Of a stretch of 47,642 nucleotides of DNA, positions 45,268 to 47,642 are shown piece after piece; the stretch's first letter is position 1; each line of letters opens with the position of its first letter. The DNA comes from Pseudomonadota bacterium (GTDB lineage Bacteria; Pseudomonadota; Gammaproteobacteria; Steroidobacterales; Woeseiaceae). Where the stretch lies: the NCBI GenBank assembly GCA_022564475.1, contig JADFLJ010000001.1, positions 1 through 47,642 on the forward strand, in the 5' to 3' direction. A program made the translations under genes and the position numbers. A model generated the notes under the pieces. It was not told the origin of the DNA. It ran no database searches and worked only from the letters and a program-made list of their open reading frames with translations.

Positions 45268-45872
45268 TGCCAGTGTTCTCCCAACGCTTCCCGAAGCTTG
45301 TGTATGGCTCGGGAATAATGTGTCTTAACGCTGCCGCTGCTGCAACCCATCGCAGTCGCTGTTCCTGCAACATCAAGTCCTTCAAACGTTCTCAGCATGA
45401 ACGCTTCCCGCTGCCTCGTCGGCAAGTCACCCACGGCATTTTCAAGCTCGTCGATGGCTTGCCGCGCTTGCAACTGCTCATCCGGTGTTCGGCCGCCCGG
45501 ATCGGGTGCCGCCGCAATGGGATCGTAGTCCGACTCATCGCGCGCGCTGCGGCCGAAAAACACCATGACCTTGTTGCGGACCTTCTGCCGCCTGTGCCAG
45601 TCTCGAATTCCATTTTGCAGAATCCGAAAAAACAGCGGTGTCCATTCCTCTGTCGAACGATCCATGTAATTGCGTGCGAGTTTTATCATCGCGTTTTGCA
45701 CCAAATCCAGCGCTTCATCACGGTCACGCACCGCAATCTCGGCAATGCGCAAGGCACGTCGCTCGACCCCGGTCAGGAACTGATTCAGTTGCTGTTCTCG
45801 TTGCAGCGTCTCCGCTCCCGTTGCTTGCTCGCGAGAGAACGATACCGCAAAAACACCGGCGCAGGTGTTCAT
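45264..45872 (-). CDS. ECF-type RNA polymerase sigma-70 family factor
   Basis: Region 2 is ALDLVQNAMIKLARNY...WTPLFFRILQNGIRDWHR. Region 4 is LPTRQREAFMLRTFEGLDVAGTATAMGCSSGSVKTHYSRAIHKLR. Confidence 0.9.
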   Translation of the reverse strand: MNTCAGVFAVSFSREQATGAETLQREQQLNQFLTGVERRALRIAEIAVRDRDEALDLVQNAMIKLARNYMDRSTEEWTPLFFRILQNGIRDWHRRQKVRNKVMVFFGRSARDESDYDPIAAAPDPGGRTPDEQLQARQAIDELENAVGDLPTRQREAFMLRTFEGLDVAGTATAMGCSSGSVKTHYSRAIHKLREALGEHWQ

Positions 45873-46035
45873 GGGGCAGCACTCCTTGCCACGAGGTTCA
45901 ATGCATCCATACTGGTCACGCGCTTGACTCCATCACGAGGTCATCTAACTTGTCACACCTGAATAACGCTGCAGCCTGCCTGGCGTTGACCAAAGCGATA
46001 TAGAAACCACATAAGACATTGATAATTAAAACGTT

Positions 46036-47334
46036 TTGAAAAAAACTCGCGTCCTCAATATTGCCATCAACGTGCCCTTGTCGCGGCAGTTTGATTACCT
46101 GGCCCCGGCAAGCGGGCCAATGCCTGCGCCTGGCACCCGCGTGCGCGTGCCATTCGGGCGCCGGCGGCAAGTCGGACTGGTCATGGCACACTCTGACGAC
46201 ACCGAGTTCGATCGTTCGCGTTTGCGGCGTGTCGAGGAGACTCTTGATGACCAGCCGCTGTTGTCCGAGGAAGCCTTGTGGCTGATCCGCTTTACCAGCG
46301 ACTACTATCACCACCCGATCGGCGAAGTCGCCGCTACCGCGCTGCCATCTTTGCTCCGCAAAGGAAAAACCCTGCACCCGGTGCTCGAGTTTTTCGCCGT
46401 GACCGATGCCGGCGAGCACATCGACATTGGCCCACTGCAGAAGCGCGCGCCGCGACAGGCGGAGTTGTTAATACATCTGATCGATGCGGGTGGCAACGGC
46501 ATCGACGCGGAGTCGCTAGGCACTCTATTGCCGAACTGGCGGCGGGCGGCAAAACCGCTGCTTGAGAAAGGACTGATCATGCGCTTTGAGACACGCGCGG
46601 ACGAACAGGAACCCGCCGCAGCGCTAACGGCCCAACCCGGCCCCGTACTCAACCCGCAACAAGCAGCCGCTGTCGACTCGATCAGGCGTACGAGCAATTT
46701 TGGCGCCTTTCTGCTCGACGGCGTTACCGGCAGCGGCAAGACCGAAGTCTATTTGCATCTTATCGAGGATGTCCTGCGCGCAGGCAAGCAGGCGCTGGTA
46801 CTGGTCCCCGAAATCGGTTTAACACCGCAAACGATCACGCGCTTTCGGGCAAGACTGGGCATAGAACCCGCCGTGCTGCACTCAGCCCTGAGCGACGTCG
46901 AACGCCTTGCCAACTGGCGTCGCGCACGTGCCGGTGACGCTCGCCTCGTAGTGGGTACGCGCTCGGCCATTTTCGCGCCGCTTCCGGACCTCGGTATTAT
47001 CGTGGTGGATGAAGAACACGATCAGTCCTTCAAGCAGCAGGAAGGGCTGCGTTACTCGGCGCGCGATCTTGCAATAGCACGCGCCAAACACGCCGACATC
47101 CCCATCGTGCTTGGATCGGCCACACCGTCGCTCGAAATGCTGCAGCATTGTCGTGCCGATAACTACACTCACCTGTCGCTGCCAGCACGCGCCGGCAACG
47201 CCAGCCCACCCACGATCCGGGTCATCGATCTGAACCGCGCGGCCGCTGACGACGGCCTGAGCGCGCCGCTCGTTGTGGCGATCGACAGGCACCTGGGCGA
47301 CGGCGGCCAGGTGTTGCTGTTCCTGAATCTGTAG
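46036..47334 (+). CDS. priA: Primosomal protein N' (PriA helicase), 3'-truncated: only the N-terminal ~430 aa are present
   Basis: The N-terminal DNA-binding region is VLNIAINVPLSRQFDYL. Walker A (GVTGSGKTEVY) and motif II (VVDEEHDQSFK) are present. The frame ends at GGQVLLFLN-L-stop, where full-length PriA continues (E. coli: VLLFLNRRGFAP followed by the Cys-rich zinc region). Confidence 0.85.
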   Translation: MKKTRVLNIAINVPLSRQFDYLAPASGPMPAPGTRVRVPFGRRRQVGLVMAHSDDTEFDRSRLRRVEETLDDQPLLSEEALWLIRFTSDYYHHPIGEVAATALPSLLRKGKTLHPVLEFFAVTDAGEHIDIGPLQKRAPRQAELLIHLIDAGGNGIDAESLGTLLPNWRRAAKPLLEKGLIMRFETRADEQEPAAALTAQPGPVLNPQQAAAVDSIRRTSNFGAFLLDGVTGSGKTEVYLHLIEDVLRAGKQALVLVPEIGLTPQTITRFRARLGIEPAVLHSALSDVERLANWRRARAGDARLVVGTRSAIFAPLPDLGIIVVDEEHDQSFKQQEGLRYSARDLAIARAKHADIPIVLGSATPSLEMLQHCRADNYTHLSLPARAGNASPPTIRVIDLNRAAADDGLSAPLVVAIDRHLGDGGQVLLFLNL

Positions 47335-47427
47335 GAAAGGATATTGCAGCAACACCAGTACCGGGGTTCCCTACAAATTCCATTTCAGCTGTAAATGGAT
47401 TTATCTTATATGGCATCTAGTCGATCC

Positions 47428-47642
47428 TCACGAAAACGTGTACGTGGCGCGGTCATCCCAAATAAACTCATAATTGTCAGTCGCACTTCCACTAGATTCA
47501 GGCCACGTCTTTGATGTTAATGAATTATTGGCGTCATATGCATGGAAAGAAATTTGCCATCCTGTTTCTGAATCGAGAGTGCCAAATTTAGCCCGTCCAA
47601 TGTAGAGTGGACTCCCATTGGCATCGTTCTGCGCACGTACTT
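47428..47642 (-). CDS. 3' end of an unidentified gene in AT-rich DNA (N-terminus off the window)
   Basis: My own translation of the open minus-strand frame is VRAQNDANGSPLYIGRAKFGTLDSETGWQISFHAYDANNSLTSKTWPESSGSATDNYEFIWDDRATYTFS-stop, with TGA at 47428-47430. It is not in the ORF track because it is partial. I recognise no family. Confidence 0.45.
   Translation of the reverse strand, partial: VRAQNDANGSPLYIGRAKFGTLDSETGWQISFHAYDANNSLTSKTWPESSGSATDNYEFIWDDRATYTFS

Noticed and set aside
45156-45962. A 268-aa plus-strand ORF.
   Set aside because: It is antisense to the ECF sigma and anti-sigma genes. It is a shadow frame.

Overview
This 47.6-kb window reads as a chromosomal segment of a gammaproteobacterium, probably marine; that attribution is inferred from gene content and synteny. 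Most of it is densely packed core genes in a familiar order: TonB-dependent receptor, trmB, ampG-xthA/pyrE, dut-coaBC, radC-rpmB-rpmG-mutM, coaD-rsmD, ftsYEX-rpoH, gcdH, a thiolase, an AGCS symporter, hemH, pntAB, an ECF sigma operon and priA.

The non-core content is:
1. An AT-rich islet of about 2.1 kb sits between coaBC and radC. It carries a tripartite hipB-hipS-hipT (split HipA kinase) toxin-antitoxin module and is bracketed by 49-bp direct repeats.
2. A complete proteobacterial dedicated sortase system is present: a VIT/vWA sortase target, a class GN-type sortase, and the divergent pdsR/pdsS two-component pair. It has a MATE transporter overlapping the sortase gene and two lipoprotein genes abutting the kinase gene.
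3. An HNH endonuclease and a 5'-3' exonuclease form a gene pair.
4. Both window edges are unusual. priA stops abruptly at about 47330, where the sequence switches to AT-rich DNA that carries the 3' end of an unrelated gene. The left edge holds a GC-rich gene with an unusual domain fusion that runs off the window.

I found no rRNA, tRNA, CRISPR array, transposase or integrase. All calls come from reading the ORF translations and the DNA by eye. No database search was run, so family names are recognised motifs rather than verified hits.
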